From contig OZ241841.1 of the NCBI GenBank assembly GCA_965202665.1, positions 453,743 through 517,742 of the forward strand: DNA of 64,000 nucleotides, read 5' to 3'. Origin of the DNA: Candidatus Spongiisociaceae bacterium (GTDB taxonomy: Bacteria; Actinomycetota; Acidimicrobiia; Spongiisociales; Spongiisociaceae). The notes under the pieces are model-generated. The model did not search any database, was not told where the DNA came from, and saw only the letters and a list, made by a program, of their open reading frames with translations. Shown here piece after piece: positions 17,159-25,777 of the stretch (its first letter is position 1; every line of letters begins with the position of its first letter). The position numbers were made by a program, and so were the translations under genes.

Positions 17159-17938
17159 ATGGAAATACCGGTTGACAGCTGGGGCGACCGCCCGGGGGAC
17201 TATGTGCCGCCCGGCGGGTGGTTGCGGACGGCGTGGAACTACTGCTGGAAACACGGCCTGACGCAACCTTTCCCGCACGACTCCGAAACGTTGGACGGCC
17301 TGCGGCGGGGACTGCGCGCCCATCTGCGGGAACGAGGGGCCCCCTCCTACAAGTTGGAGGCCCTGGCCGACTGGGGGATGGACCAGTACCACGTCAAACG
17401 GCGGCGGCGGGCCGAGCCGCAACCCTCCTACGAGGAGCGAACCAGAATGCTGGGGCGGCCCCCGATACGGCCCCGGCCTTATCTGCTGATACCGGAACTG
17501 CCGCCCATGATGCGCCCGCCCAACATCCGGGGCCGTTTCCGCCCGTTGGTGCAGTACTGCAAAGACTGGGCGGCGCAACCGGCGCACCGGGGGAAGATGA
17601 TGGCCGACCGGCCGCCCTCCGACACCGAACCAGCCATGGCGGCCTCCATCGCGGCGGTGGTGCACGCGCTGTGCGACCTGGACGAACTCCCCCCGGCGGA
17701 ATGGGTGTACGAATACCGCTTCCCGTATCCGATGGGCCCGTGGGGGACAATGCCCCTCGACCTACAAAAAAGCTATGACAGGAGAATGATCGCCGAAGCG
17801 CCCGCCGCCTGCGCCTATCACAATGTCTTCTTCGACGACTCCTTCATTGAAGGGCCGTTGTGGATCAACCCCCCCGTGGACAACCCGATCAGCCCGGAAC
17901 GAATACCGCCCCGCTACCGCAATGCCGCAACGGCCTGA
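17159..17938 (+). CDS. Hypothetical protein
   Basis: 259-aa ORF with normal high-GC coding bias. I do not recognise a family. Confidence 0.3.
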   Translation: MEIPVDSWGDRPGDYVPPGGWLRTAWNYCWKHGLTQPFPHDSETLDGLRRGLRAHLRERGAPSYKLEALADWGMDQYHVKRRRRAEPQPSYEERTRMLGRPPIRPRPYLLIPELPPMMRPPNIRGRFRPLVQYCKDWAAQPAHRGKMMADRPPSDTEPAMAASIAAVVHALCDLDELPPAEWVYEYRFPYPMGPWGTMPLDLQKSYDRRMIAEAPAACAYHNVFFDDSFIEGPLWINPPVDNPISPERIPPRYRNAATA

Positions 17939-18572
17939 GCAGGAACTGGACGGCCGGCGCATCCTGGAGCTGTACGGCAAAATCGACTCCCGGCTGAAAA
18001 GGCCCACCGAGGTGCTGGTAGTGGGCGGGGCCGCCCTGGCGGTGCATTGGTTCGTAAAAGGAACCTACCCGCGCGGCACGGCCGACATAGACGCCGCCCA
18101 TACGCAATCGGTTTTCACCGACCCGCGCCGCACCACCTTCATAATCGATACCATCAACCCTTTTTTGCCTCCCCATCTGCAACAAGTGTTGGACGATGTA
18201 GCGCAACGAGAAGGGTTGGAAGAAGATTGGTTCAACAACAAGGTGATCAACACCATGCCGGACGGAGTGGAATATGAGCCGCTGATGGCTTATCGCGGGG
18301 AACGGTTGGGCGTTTACCGGCCCAGCCTGAAAATTCTGCTGGCTATGAAACTCAAATCATCCCGGCGGCACAAGGACTTGGAAGACGCGGCGCGGCTGGC
18401 GGATGAAACCGGAATCCATCTGGTCCGGGATCTGACGGACCTGGTGGAAGAGGTCTACGGGCCCGGGCAGATCACCCCGCGGGTGGAAGAGTTCATTGAC
18501 AGGACGGTGGAACAATACCTGCAACTGCGCTGGCAAAAGGCCGGACGGGAGATTGACCTCCGGGACTGGTAG
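17922..18572 (+). CDS. Hypothetical protein, possibly nucleotidyltransferase-fold
   Basis: ORF 17823..18572. The likely start is the ATG at 17922 (MPQRPEQELDGRRILELYG...LVVGGAALAVHW...RRHKDLEDAARL). The family assignment is weak. Confidence 0.35.
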   Translation: MPQRPEQELDGRRILELYGKIDSRLKRPTEVLVVGGAALAVHWFVKGTYPRGTADIDAAHTQSVFTDPRRTTFIIDTINPFLPPHLQQVLDDVAQREGLEEDWFNNKVINTMPDGVEYEPLMAYRGERLGVYRPSLKILLAMKLKSSRRHKDLEDAARLADETGIHLVRDLTDLVEEVYGPGQITPRVEEFIDRTVEQYLQLRWQKAGREIDLRDW

Positions 18573-18590
18573 AGGATGTGCACCGGCCGG

Positions 18591-20327
18591 TCAGGCCAGG
18601 CCCATATGGGCGGCTAAGGCGTCGGCTACCGAACCGGCCTGGGACGCAATCCGCCCCTCCAGGCGGAACGGGTCGGTCCCTTCCGGGACGAAGCCGGGCA
18701 GGTCAACGTAGATTTTCAGTTTCGGTTCGGTTCCGCTGGGACGGGCCAAAGTGCGGCCCCCGCCCTCCAAATCCAGGGCGATCACCGGCGCGGCGTTCCG
18801 CCAGCGGGGACGGGTTTCGTCGCCGAACCGGTAATCGGTCACCCCCCGCACCGCCCGCCCGGCCAACTCCGCCGGAGGCGAATCCCCCAGTTTTTCCATC
18901 GCCCCCTCCAACTCCTCCTTCCCGCCCGGCCCGGGCCGGGCCACGCTCCGTTGCGCGGAAGCCCACAACCCGAACCGCCGGTAGAGGGAGGACAGCCGGT
19001 CCGTGAGCGTCGTCCCCGACCGGCGGCATTCGGCGGCCAGATCGGCCAAAGCCAGGGCCGCCCCCACCCCGTCTTTGTCCCGCACCACCGAACCCACCGC
19101 ATAACCCAGCGCCTCCTCGTAGCCGAAGGCGAACCGAACCGGGTGGTCCGCTCCCCCGGCCGCCTCCGCCTCCAATTCCATGGCGGCGGCGGCGATCCAT
19201 TTGAAACCGGTGAAAGTGGTCTCGCAGCGGGCCCCGTGGGCGGCCGCCACCGCCCCCAGCATGGGCGAAGAGACGATGGTGTTCAACACCAGGGGGGCGG
19301 CCTCCTCCCCCGGCGGAAAATGGGACAGGACGTAGTCGGCCAGCAGAATCCCCACCTGGTTGCCGGTCAGAACCTTCCAGCCGCCGCCGCGGGGAACCGC
19401 CGCCGCCAGCCGGTCGGCGTCCGGGTCGTTGGCCAGCAACAGGTCGGCCCCCGTCTCCTCCGCCAAGTCCAAAGCCAAATCCAGGGCCCCCGGCTCCTCC
19501 GGGTTGGGAAAGGCAACGGTGGGAAACCGCCCGTCCGGCTCCGTCTGCTCCGGCACCGGACGCACCTCCCGGTACCCGGCCCGCCCCAAAACTTCCCGCA
19601 CCGGCCCCCATCCCACCCCGTGCAACGGGGTGTAAACGATGCGCAGCGACCCGTCCCCCGCCCCGGCCGGGCGCAAAGCGGCCAAGTCCCGGAAGTAGTC
19701 TTCCAGGGTTTCCCGGCCGATGGGCTCCGCCCCGGCCAACCCTTCCCGCATCGGCACCCGGTTGGCCGGGCCCGCCCGTTCCATGGCGGCGGCGATGGCC
19801 GCGTCGGCGGGCGGGACGATCTGGGCCCCGGCCCCGTCGTACACTTTGAACCCGTTGTCCCGGGGCGGGTTGTGGCTGGCGGTGATCACCACCGCCGCGC
19901 ACGCCCCCAGGGACAGGGCGGAATAGGCGACCAGCGGGGTGGCGACCGGTTCCTCCCAGAAACGGACCGGCAAACCGGCCGCGGTCAGAACTCCCACCGC
20001 ATCGGCCATGAAACGGGCGCTGGAAAGGCGGGCGTCCCTCCCCACCGCCACCGGGCCGGGCGGAACCCCCCCATGGCGCTCCAAAAGAAAGTCGGCCAGG
20101 CCGCGGGCGGCCCGGATCACCACCGCCCGGTTCATCCGGTTGGAACCGGCCTCCACCGCCCCCCGCAAACCGGCCGTCCCGAAAGCCAGGTTTCCCGCCA
20201 TCCGGTCGGCCACCTCCGCCCCGTCCCCGGATTCCATCAGCCGGGCCAACTCGGCCCTGGTTTCCGGGTCGGGGTCGCCTTCCATCCACCGCCGGGCCCG
20301 TTCCGCAACCCGGGCCGGGCCGGTCAT
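18591..20327 (-). CDS. Phosphomannomutase/phosphoglucomutase family phosphohexomutase
   Basis: ORF 18591..21011. The real start is MTGPARVAERARRW (ATG at 20327). It contains the TASHNP active-site serine loop and the GTEPKLKIY sugar-binding loop. Its start overlaps the upstream gene's stop in an ATGA overlap. Confidence 0.85.
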   Translation of the reverse strand: MTGPARVAERARRWMEGDPDPETRAELARLMESGDGAEVADRMAGNLAFGTAGLRGAVEAGSNRMNRAVVIRAARGLADFLLERHGGVPPGPVAVGRDARLSSARFMADAVGVLTAAGLPVRFWEEPVATPLVAYSALSLGACAAVVITASHNPPRDNGFKVYDGAGAQIVPPADAAIAAAMERAGPANRVPMREGLAGAEPIGRETLEDYFRDLAALRPAGAGDGSLRIVYTPLHGVGWGPVREVLGRAGYREVRPVPEQTEPDGRFPTVAFPNPEEPGALDLALDLAEETGADLLLANDPDADRLAAAVPRGGGWKVLTGNQVGILLADYVLSHFPPGEEAAPLVLNTIVSSPMLGAVAAAHGARCETTFTGFKWIAAAAMELEAEAAGGADHPVRFAFGYEEALGYAVGSVVRDKDGVGAALALADLAAECRRSGTTLTDRLSSLYRRFGLWASAQRSVARPGPGGKEELEGAMEKLGDSPPAELAGRAVRGVTDYRFGDETRPRWRNAAPVIALDLEGGGRTLARPSGTEPKLKIYVDLPGFVPEGTDPFRLEGRIASQAGSVADALAAHMGLA

Positions 20328-21295
20328 AGGATGGCGTACGCCTTGGGCCTCGACTCTTTGGGTTCCATCTGCTGCGCCGTCATCAGCAACTCCCCTTCGG
20401 CGGTCAGCTCCGCCTCCCCCACCACCAGCGGGGCGATCAACCGGCTGTCCTCGTCCGCCCACTGGTAGGTGACGGTGAACAGCGAACCGGTGATGGACTC
20501 CTGCACCCACTCCTCCTCCGGTTCCAGTTCGCCGTCTTCGGCCAGGCAGGCCACTTTGGCGCTGGTTCCGGTCCCGCACGGCGAACGGTCGTAGGTTCCG
20601 CTGGGGCACAGCACGAAGTTGCGGGAGTCGGCTTCCGGAACGGTGGGCGGCCCGTACAATTCGATATGGTCCACGTCTTTGTAACCGGAGTCGCGGGCGC
20701 CGGCCATAATCGCCTTGGTGATGGAAAGCAGATCCTCCACCGGCTGGCCCAAGTCGATCTCCGGGCTTTTCACCAGCAGGAAAGTGTTGCCGCCGTAGGC
20801 GATGTCGGCGGTCACCTCCCCCACCCCTTCGGCCTTCAAGGTGACGTCGGAGGCCAGGCGGCGGCTGGGAACATTGCTCAACGCCACTTTGCCGTCCGGG
20901 AGGCATTCCACATGCACCGACCCCACCGGGGTGTCCAGCCGGTGGGAGCCTTCCCCGATGCGGCCCAGGGCGCGCAGGGTGTGGGCCAGCCCGATGGCCC
21001 CGTGCCCGCACATTCCGATCACCTCCGCCTGATCGAAGAAGATGACCCCGGCGGCCGCTTGCGGCGTGTCGGGCTGGACCAGCAGGGCGGCCACCATGGC
21101 CTCGTTGCCGCGCGGCTCCGCCACCACCGCCCGCGTCAGGCCGCCGAAACGGCGGGCCAGGTCTCCCCGCCGTTTGGCAACCGACTGCCCCTGCAAGGCG
21201 GGGAAGCCGTCGGTGATAACCCGGGTGGGCATCCCACCGGTGTGGGAGTCGATCACCGAAATTCTGGAAAAGTCGTTGGACGTTATTTGAGTCAT
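20324..21295 (-). CDS. Proline racemase family protein (4-hydroxyproline 2-epimerase / hydroxyproline dehydratase-like)
   Basis: 323 aa, with both catalytic-Cys motifs, MCGHG and SPCGTGTSA. Confidence 0.85.
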   Translation of the reverse strand: MTQITSNDFSRISVIDSHTGGMPTRVITDGFPALQGQSVAKRRGDLARRFGGLTRAVVAEPRGNEAMVAALLVQPDTPQAAAGVIFFDQAEVIGMCGHGAIGLAHTLRALGRIGEGSHRLDTPVGSVHVECLPDGKVALSNVPSRRLASDVTLKAEGVGEVTADIAYGGNTFLLVKSPEIDLGQPVEDLLSITKAIMAGARDSGYKDVDHIELYGPPTVPEADSRNFVLCPSGTYDRSPCGTGTSAKVACLAEDGELEPEEEWVQESITGSLFTVTYQWADEDSRLIAPLVVGEAELTAEGELLMTAQQMEPKESRPKAYAIL

Positions 21296-22593
21296 TGGAA
21301 TCTCTCCGGCGAACAGGGTCCTATGTCAATTTCAGTTGGCTCCCCGCATATTACCCGCGTCGCCAGCCGTCCGGTGGCCGGAGCCAAAGAAAGTCCGAGC
21401 AGGGCGTGCCCGGCGGCGTAAGTCAAATTGCGCCACCCGGGGGCCCGGCCGATTACGGGGAGCCCGTCCGGGGTCACCGGACGGAACCCCGCCCACCGTT
21501 GCGCCACCCGCAGGTCGGAGTCCAGTTGGAGGCGGGAACGTGCGTTGCGCTCCACCTGCGCCAAGCGGGCGGGGGGCAGGCGGGAGTCCAGCCGCCCCAG
21601 TTCGAACCAGCCGCTCATCCGCAGGAGATCCCCCATCGGGGCCACCGCCACGTATTTTTCCCCCAGCAACATGCGGAGCCGGGGGCCGCGGCGGGGGCGG
21701 CGCACCGTGATGCTGTAACCTTTGGCGGGCTGAATGGGCAGGCGGTTGCCGAACCGGGCGGCCAACTGCGGGGTCCAAACCCCGGCGGCCAGCACCGCCT
21801 CCCCCGTCCGGATTTCCCCCCGGGTGGTGATCAGGCGCCGCACCGTTCCGCCTCCGGTTTCCGCCCCCAGGACTTCGGTGTTGGGAACCACTTTCACCCC
21901 CCGCCGGACGGCCGCCTCCGCCAACCCGGCCATGAACCGGCCCGGGTCCAGCCCGGCGTCGTCCGGGTAGAAGACCGCTCCCGTCACCGACCCGTTCAAA
22001 GCCGGTTCTTTTTCCCGCGCCCCGTCCCCGTCCAGAATTTGGATGGGGACCCCGAATTTGGCCTCCCATTCCGCCCGGCGGCGCCCTTCGGCGAACTCCC
22101 GCCCGCCGCCGAACACGTTCAACAGGCCGTTCGGCTCATAGGCGCATTCGATTCCCTCCGCAGCCAGCCATTCTTTGAACAGTCCGGCGCTCAGGTTGCC
22201 GAGGGCGGCCAGCGCCGGAGCGGCCGCTTCCACCGCCTGCGGCCGGCAGTTGCGCAGAAAAGCCGCCGCCCACCGCCACAGGCCGGGGCTGAGGGGGGAG
22301 CGGACGGTCACCGGGCCTTTTCCGCTCAGCATGGAACGCACCGCGAGGGAGAACATCCCCGGCTCCGGCACCGGTATCACATGGCTGGGAACCACGAACC
22401 CGGCGTTGCCCGACGAAGTCCCCACCCCCACCGAGCCCCGTTCGATGACCGTAGTGTCCACTCCCCGCCCGGCCAGTTGGTAGGCGATGGACATTCCGAC
22501 CGCGCCCGCCCCCACCACCACCGCCTCCGCCGCGTCGGGCAGGGCGCCCGCGGCGGTCCCGTCGGCGTTGCGTTCGCTGCCAGGTTGGCTCAC
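21292..22593 (-). CDS. FAD-dependent oxidoreductase (DadA/D-amino-acid or D-hydroxyproline dehydrogenase-like)
   Basis: 433 aa. VVVGAGAVGMSIAYQLAGRG is the GxGxxG FAD motif. GTG start after GGAG. There is a 4-nt overlap with the downstream gene. Confidence 0.75.
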   Translation of the reverse strand: MSQPGSERNADGTAAGALPDAAEAVVVGAGAVGMSIAYQLAGRGVDTTVIERGSVGVGTSSGNAGFVVPSHVIPVPEPGMFSLAVRSMLSGKGPVTVRSPLSPGLWRWAAAFLRNCRPQAVEAAAPALAALGNLSAGLFKEWLAAEGIECAYEPNGLLNVFGGGREFAEGRRRAEWEAKFGVPIQILDGDGAREKEPALNGSVTGAVFYPDDAGLDPGRFMAGLAEAAVRRGVKVVPNTEVLGAETGGGTVRRLITTRGEIRTGEAVLAAGVWTPQLAARFGNRLPIQPAKGYSITVRRPRRGPRLRMLLGEKYVAVAPMGDLLRMSGWFELGRLDSRLPPARLAQVERNARSRLQLDSDLRVAQRWAGFRPVTPDGLPVIGRAPGWRNLTYAAGHALLGLSLAPATGRLATRVICGEPTEIDIGPCSPERFQ

Positions 22594-22712
22594 CTCGACT
22601 CCTCCAGGCCGATTCCGGACCCGGCGCCCCGGACCGCCCGGCCAACTATGATTGCCGCGTAAGCAAACGGCGGGCGGGCGACCGGTTCGCCCGGCAACAA
22701 GGAGTGTAATCC

Positions 22713-23660
22713 GTGGGCCGTGACATTTTCCGGGGATGCATCCCCGCTCTTATGACCCCCTGCGACGCCGCCGGCGTCCCCGACTTCGACCGACTGGTGG
22801 AAAAAGCCCGCTGGCTGATCAGCCGGGGGATGTCGGGGGTGGTCTACTGCGGTTCCATGGGCGAATGGCCGTTGCTGTCCCCCGCCCAGCGGAAAGAAGG
22901 GACGGCCCGGCTGGTGGAAGCGGGGGTGCCGGTGGTGGTGGGAACGGGGGCCCCCAATCCGACCGAAGCCGCCGACTACGCCGCCCACGCCCGGAAGATA
23001 GGAGCGGGCGGGCTGATGGTCATCCCCCGGGTGCTGTCCCGGGGGCCCTCCTACGCCGCCCAGCGCAGTCATTTCGCCGGTATTCTGGAAGCGGCCGGGG
23101 AGGTTCCGGCCGTCATCTACAACAGCCCCTACTACGGGTTTGAAACCAAAGCCGACCTGTTCTTCGACCTGCGCGGCCAATATTCCAACCTGGTCGGATA
23201 CAAGGAGTTCGGAGGCCTGGATTCCCTCACCTACGCCGCCGAGCACATCACTTCCGCCGACGACGACCTGTCGCTGGTGATCGGGGTGGACACCGGGGTG
23301 GTGCACGGCTACGTCAACTGCGGGGCGGCCGGGTGGATCACCGGCATCGGCAACGTGCTGCCCGAAGAAACTTTGGCACTGGACCGGCTGTCCGCGTTGG
23401 CGGCCGCCGGGGATCAAACCGCCCACCGCCTGGCCTGCGAGTTGGATTCTGCCCTGCTTCCCCTGTCCCGGCTGGACTCCGGCCCCGATTTGGTCCTCTA
23501 CTTCAAGCATTTGACAGTGTTGCGGGGCGACTCCGCCTACGCCCATCCGTTGCTGGCCGGGGATGTGCTGTCCCCCGCCCAAGCCAACCATTCCGCCGCC
23601 CAGCTGCGCCGGTTTGAAAGCTGGTGGTCGGACTGGGAGGGGAAAAACTACCGGTCGTAA
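22713..23660 (+). CDS. Dihydrodipicolinate synthase/N-acetylneuraminate lyase family protein (candidate pyrroline-4-hydroxy-2-carboxylate deaminase)
   Basis: 315 aa. IPALMTPCDAAG...VYCGSMGEWPLLS...GYKEFGG is the DapA-family fold. GTG start after AAGGAG. It is divergent from the epimerase/dehydrogenase pair. Confidence 0.7.
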   Translation: MGRDIFRGCIPALMTPCDAAGVPDFDRLVEKARWLISRGMSGVVYCGSMGEWPLLSPAQRKEGTARLVEAGVPVVVGTGAPNPTEAADYAAHARKIGAGGLMVIPRVLSRGPSYAAQRSHFAGILEAAGEVPAVIYNSPYYGFETKADLFFDLRGQYSNLVGYKEFGGLDSLTYAAEHITSADDDLSLVIGVDTGVVHGYVNCGAAGWITGIGNVLPEETLALDRLSALAAAGDQTAHRLACELDSALLPLSRLDSGPDLVLYFKHLTVLRGDSAYAHPLLAGDVLSPAQANHSAAQLRRFESWWSDWEGKNYRS

Positions 23661-23667
23661 CCGGGGG

Positions 23668-24489
23668 TCAGTCGCCGGGCGGTTCCTCCGGGGTTTCCTT
23701 GTCCGGGGAGGAAACCTGGTCGCCGGCCGGGGGCGGGGCGGAAAACATGGGCGGCGGGGGGCCGGGAGGGGCGGCCGGCGGTTGGGCGGCGGGCGGGCGC
23801 CTCCGTTGATAGTAAAACAGGTCCGAGCCGGCGAAGGCCAGCACCAGCACGGCCCCGATGCGGAGATCCCGTTGCCAGAGCCACACTGCGGCCGCCACCC
23901 CCACAATCAAACCGATGATGCGGGCATGGAGGTCGCCGCTCGGCCCCAAAAGTTTTATCAGCACCTCCCGGAGCATCTTGGAGCCGTCCAAACCGCCGAT
24001 GGGCAGCCAGTTGACCAGCCCCCACACCACCGACACCCAAATGAAGGCGCCGACTGCGAACACCAGATACTCCCCCATTCGGTCGGCCGTTCCCAGATAC
24101 ACCCGCCAGGGGGTTTCTATGAGCAGGCGGGCGGGGTTTCCCAAACCTCCCAGGGCGGTCAGCAGATACAGCCCCAACCCGGCGAACAGGCCCACCCCCG
24201 ACCCGGCCGCCGATACCAGAAAACTCCGCCAGCCGCGGATGGGTTTGTCCTTCTCCCGCCACAGGGTGGCCCCGCCCAGGGCGTAGATGGTGATGGCCTC
24301 CACATGTCCGCCGAACCGGCGCACCGTCGCCGCGTGCCCCAACTCGTGCAACAGCACGGATACCAAAATGGCGGCCGTCCACAACCCGACCGCCGCCGGG
24401 CTCCAATCGGCGTAGATGAAAAACACCAGCAACAGCAGAAAACTGAGGTGGATATGGACCGGAAACCCAAGCACCCGAAACCGAAGCAT
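23668..24489 (-). CDS. Site-2 protease family (M50) membrane metalloprotease
   Basis: 273 aa, multi-TM, with the HELGHA zinc motif and a GGLDG (LDG) motif. The C-terminal tail is Pro-rich. Confidence 0.75.
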   Translation of the reverse strand: MLRFRVLGFPVHIHLSFLLLLVFFIYADWSPAAVGLWTAAILVSVLLHELGHAATVRRFGGHVEAITIYALGGATLWREKDKPIRGWRSFLVSAAGSGVGLFAGLGLYLLTALGGLGNPARLLIETPWRVYLGTADRMGEYLVFAVGAFIWVSVVWGLVNWLPIGGLDGSKMLREVLIKLLGPSGDLHARIIGLIVGVAAAVWLWQRDLRIGAVLVLAFAGSDLFYYQRRRPPAAQPPAAPPGPPPPMFSAPPPAGDQVSSPDKETPEEPPGD

Positions 24490-24625
24490 CCCCCCAGACT
24501 AGACCCCCGGCGCCCCAAAAACGCAAACCGCCGGGCGGACGGCGAACGCCGTCAAGAAAGATTGCGCATCCGAAGCCCGGAAAAACTGTTATCAAAGCGT
24601 CCGGCCGGCGAGCCGGGGCGACGCG

Positions 24626-24844
24626 TCAGCCGCGTTCCCACTCGTCCCGGCTGGGTGCGGCGGCGTCGGGGTTCACGCCGAAGGCGGCGGCCAGCGCGGG
24701 CCCCGGATCCGGATATTCGTCATCGCAGTACGCGTCCAATGCGCGGCTGACTATCTCGGTCATCGTCACCCCCTCCGCCTCCGCCAACCTGCCCAGCCTG
24801 CGAATTTGCTCATCCGACAGGCAAACCTGCGTGCCAGCGTCCAT
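24626..24844 (-). CDS. Ribbon-helix-helix (CopG-like) domain protein
   Basis: 72 aa. LSDEQIRRLGRLAEAEGVTMTEIVSRALDAY resembles an RHH DNA-binding fold. Confidence 0.45.
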   Translation of the reverse strand: MDAGTQVCLSDEQIRRLGRLAEAEGVTMTEIVSRALDAYCDDEYPDPGPALAAAFGVNPDAAAPSRDEWERG

Positions 24845-24928
24845 ACAGCCAGATTATAAGCGCATAGGGTAATTTGGGATGCCGGGAACCGCCAGAGTAC
24901 GCCCTTCCGCCGATGGAGGTTTGGAGAA

Positions 24929-25720
24929 GTGAAAACGTTTGAAGTAATGGAGGTGATGAGTTTCGCCAAAACGGGCGTTGACCGGCTCAACGAAGACAGC
25001 TACGCCATCACCGACTATGCGGCGGCGGTTTTCGACGGGGCTACCGACAAGAAAGGGTCGGCGCCTCCCACGCCCGGTCGCCGCGCCGCGCAGGCCCTCG
25101 CCGAGGCGGTCTCTGAAATCGGCAAAGACTGCGAGCCGGAAGTGTTGGTCAAAAACCTGCATGCCGCGGTGGCTCCGCTGGCGAACGGCGACTGCGAGCC
25201 GACGGCGGCGGGCGCCCTGCTTCACGTCCCCGCCCGCAAAGTCATTCGGGTGGGCGATGTTTCAGTAGCCGTCAACCGGGTGTTTGACATCCCGCGTAAA
25301 CGGGTCGACGAAACAGCCGCCGAGGCCCGGGCCGCCCTGCTCAGGGCCCGTCTGTCCGCCGGAGCATCGGTGGAGCATCTGTTGGAAACGGACCCGGGCC
25401 GGGAAATGATCCTGCCGCTGTTGCGGGAATCGGGCCAGTGGCGGAACCGGGAAGACGATGTTTACGGCTTCGCCGCCATCGACGGAGACGGGACGCCCAC
25501 TTCCATGATCGAGGTGTTCGACATCCCGCCGGACAGCGAAGTGATTTTGGCCACCGACGGATATCCTTCCCCGCAACCCACGTTGGCGGACAGCGAGCGG
25601 ATTCTGGCCGCCTCCCTGCGGCGCGATCCGCTCCGACTGGGTCCTCCCGCCGCCACCAAAGGCGTGAAACCGGGACATGTCAGTTTCGACGACCGCACCT
25701 TCCTGCGCGTTGGGCTGTAA
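24929..25720 (+). CDS. PP2C-like serine/threonine phosphatase domain protein (tentative)
   Basis: 263 aa. DSYAITDYAAAVFDGATD and ILATDGY resemble PP2C metal-binding motifs. The last ~60 nt plus the 3' flank are duplicated at 38740-38870. Confidence 0.45.
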   Translation: MKTFEVMEVMSFAKTGVDRLNEDSYAITDYAAAVFDGATDKKGSAPPTPGRRAAQALAEAVSEIGKDCEPEVLVKNLHAAVAPLANGDCEPTAAGALLHVPARKVIRVGDVSVAVNRVFDIPRKRVDETAAEARAALLRARLSAGASVEHLLETDPGREMILPLLRESGQWRNREDDVYGFAAIDGDGTPTSMIEVFDIPPDSEVILATDGYPSPQPTLADSERILAASLRRDPLRLGPPAATKGVKPGHVSFDDRTFLRVGL

Positions 25721-25777
25721 CTCCTCTTAGGTCGCCAAGAAAGCCGCCGGTTGGCGCGCGGAGCAACCGGGGGTGGG

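Noticed and set aside
18703-20468. ORFs 18703..20289 - and 18951..20468 + overlapping the phosphohexomutase gene
   Set aside because: They are alternative frames of a gene with clear TASHNP/GTEPK motifs in the chosen frame.
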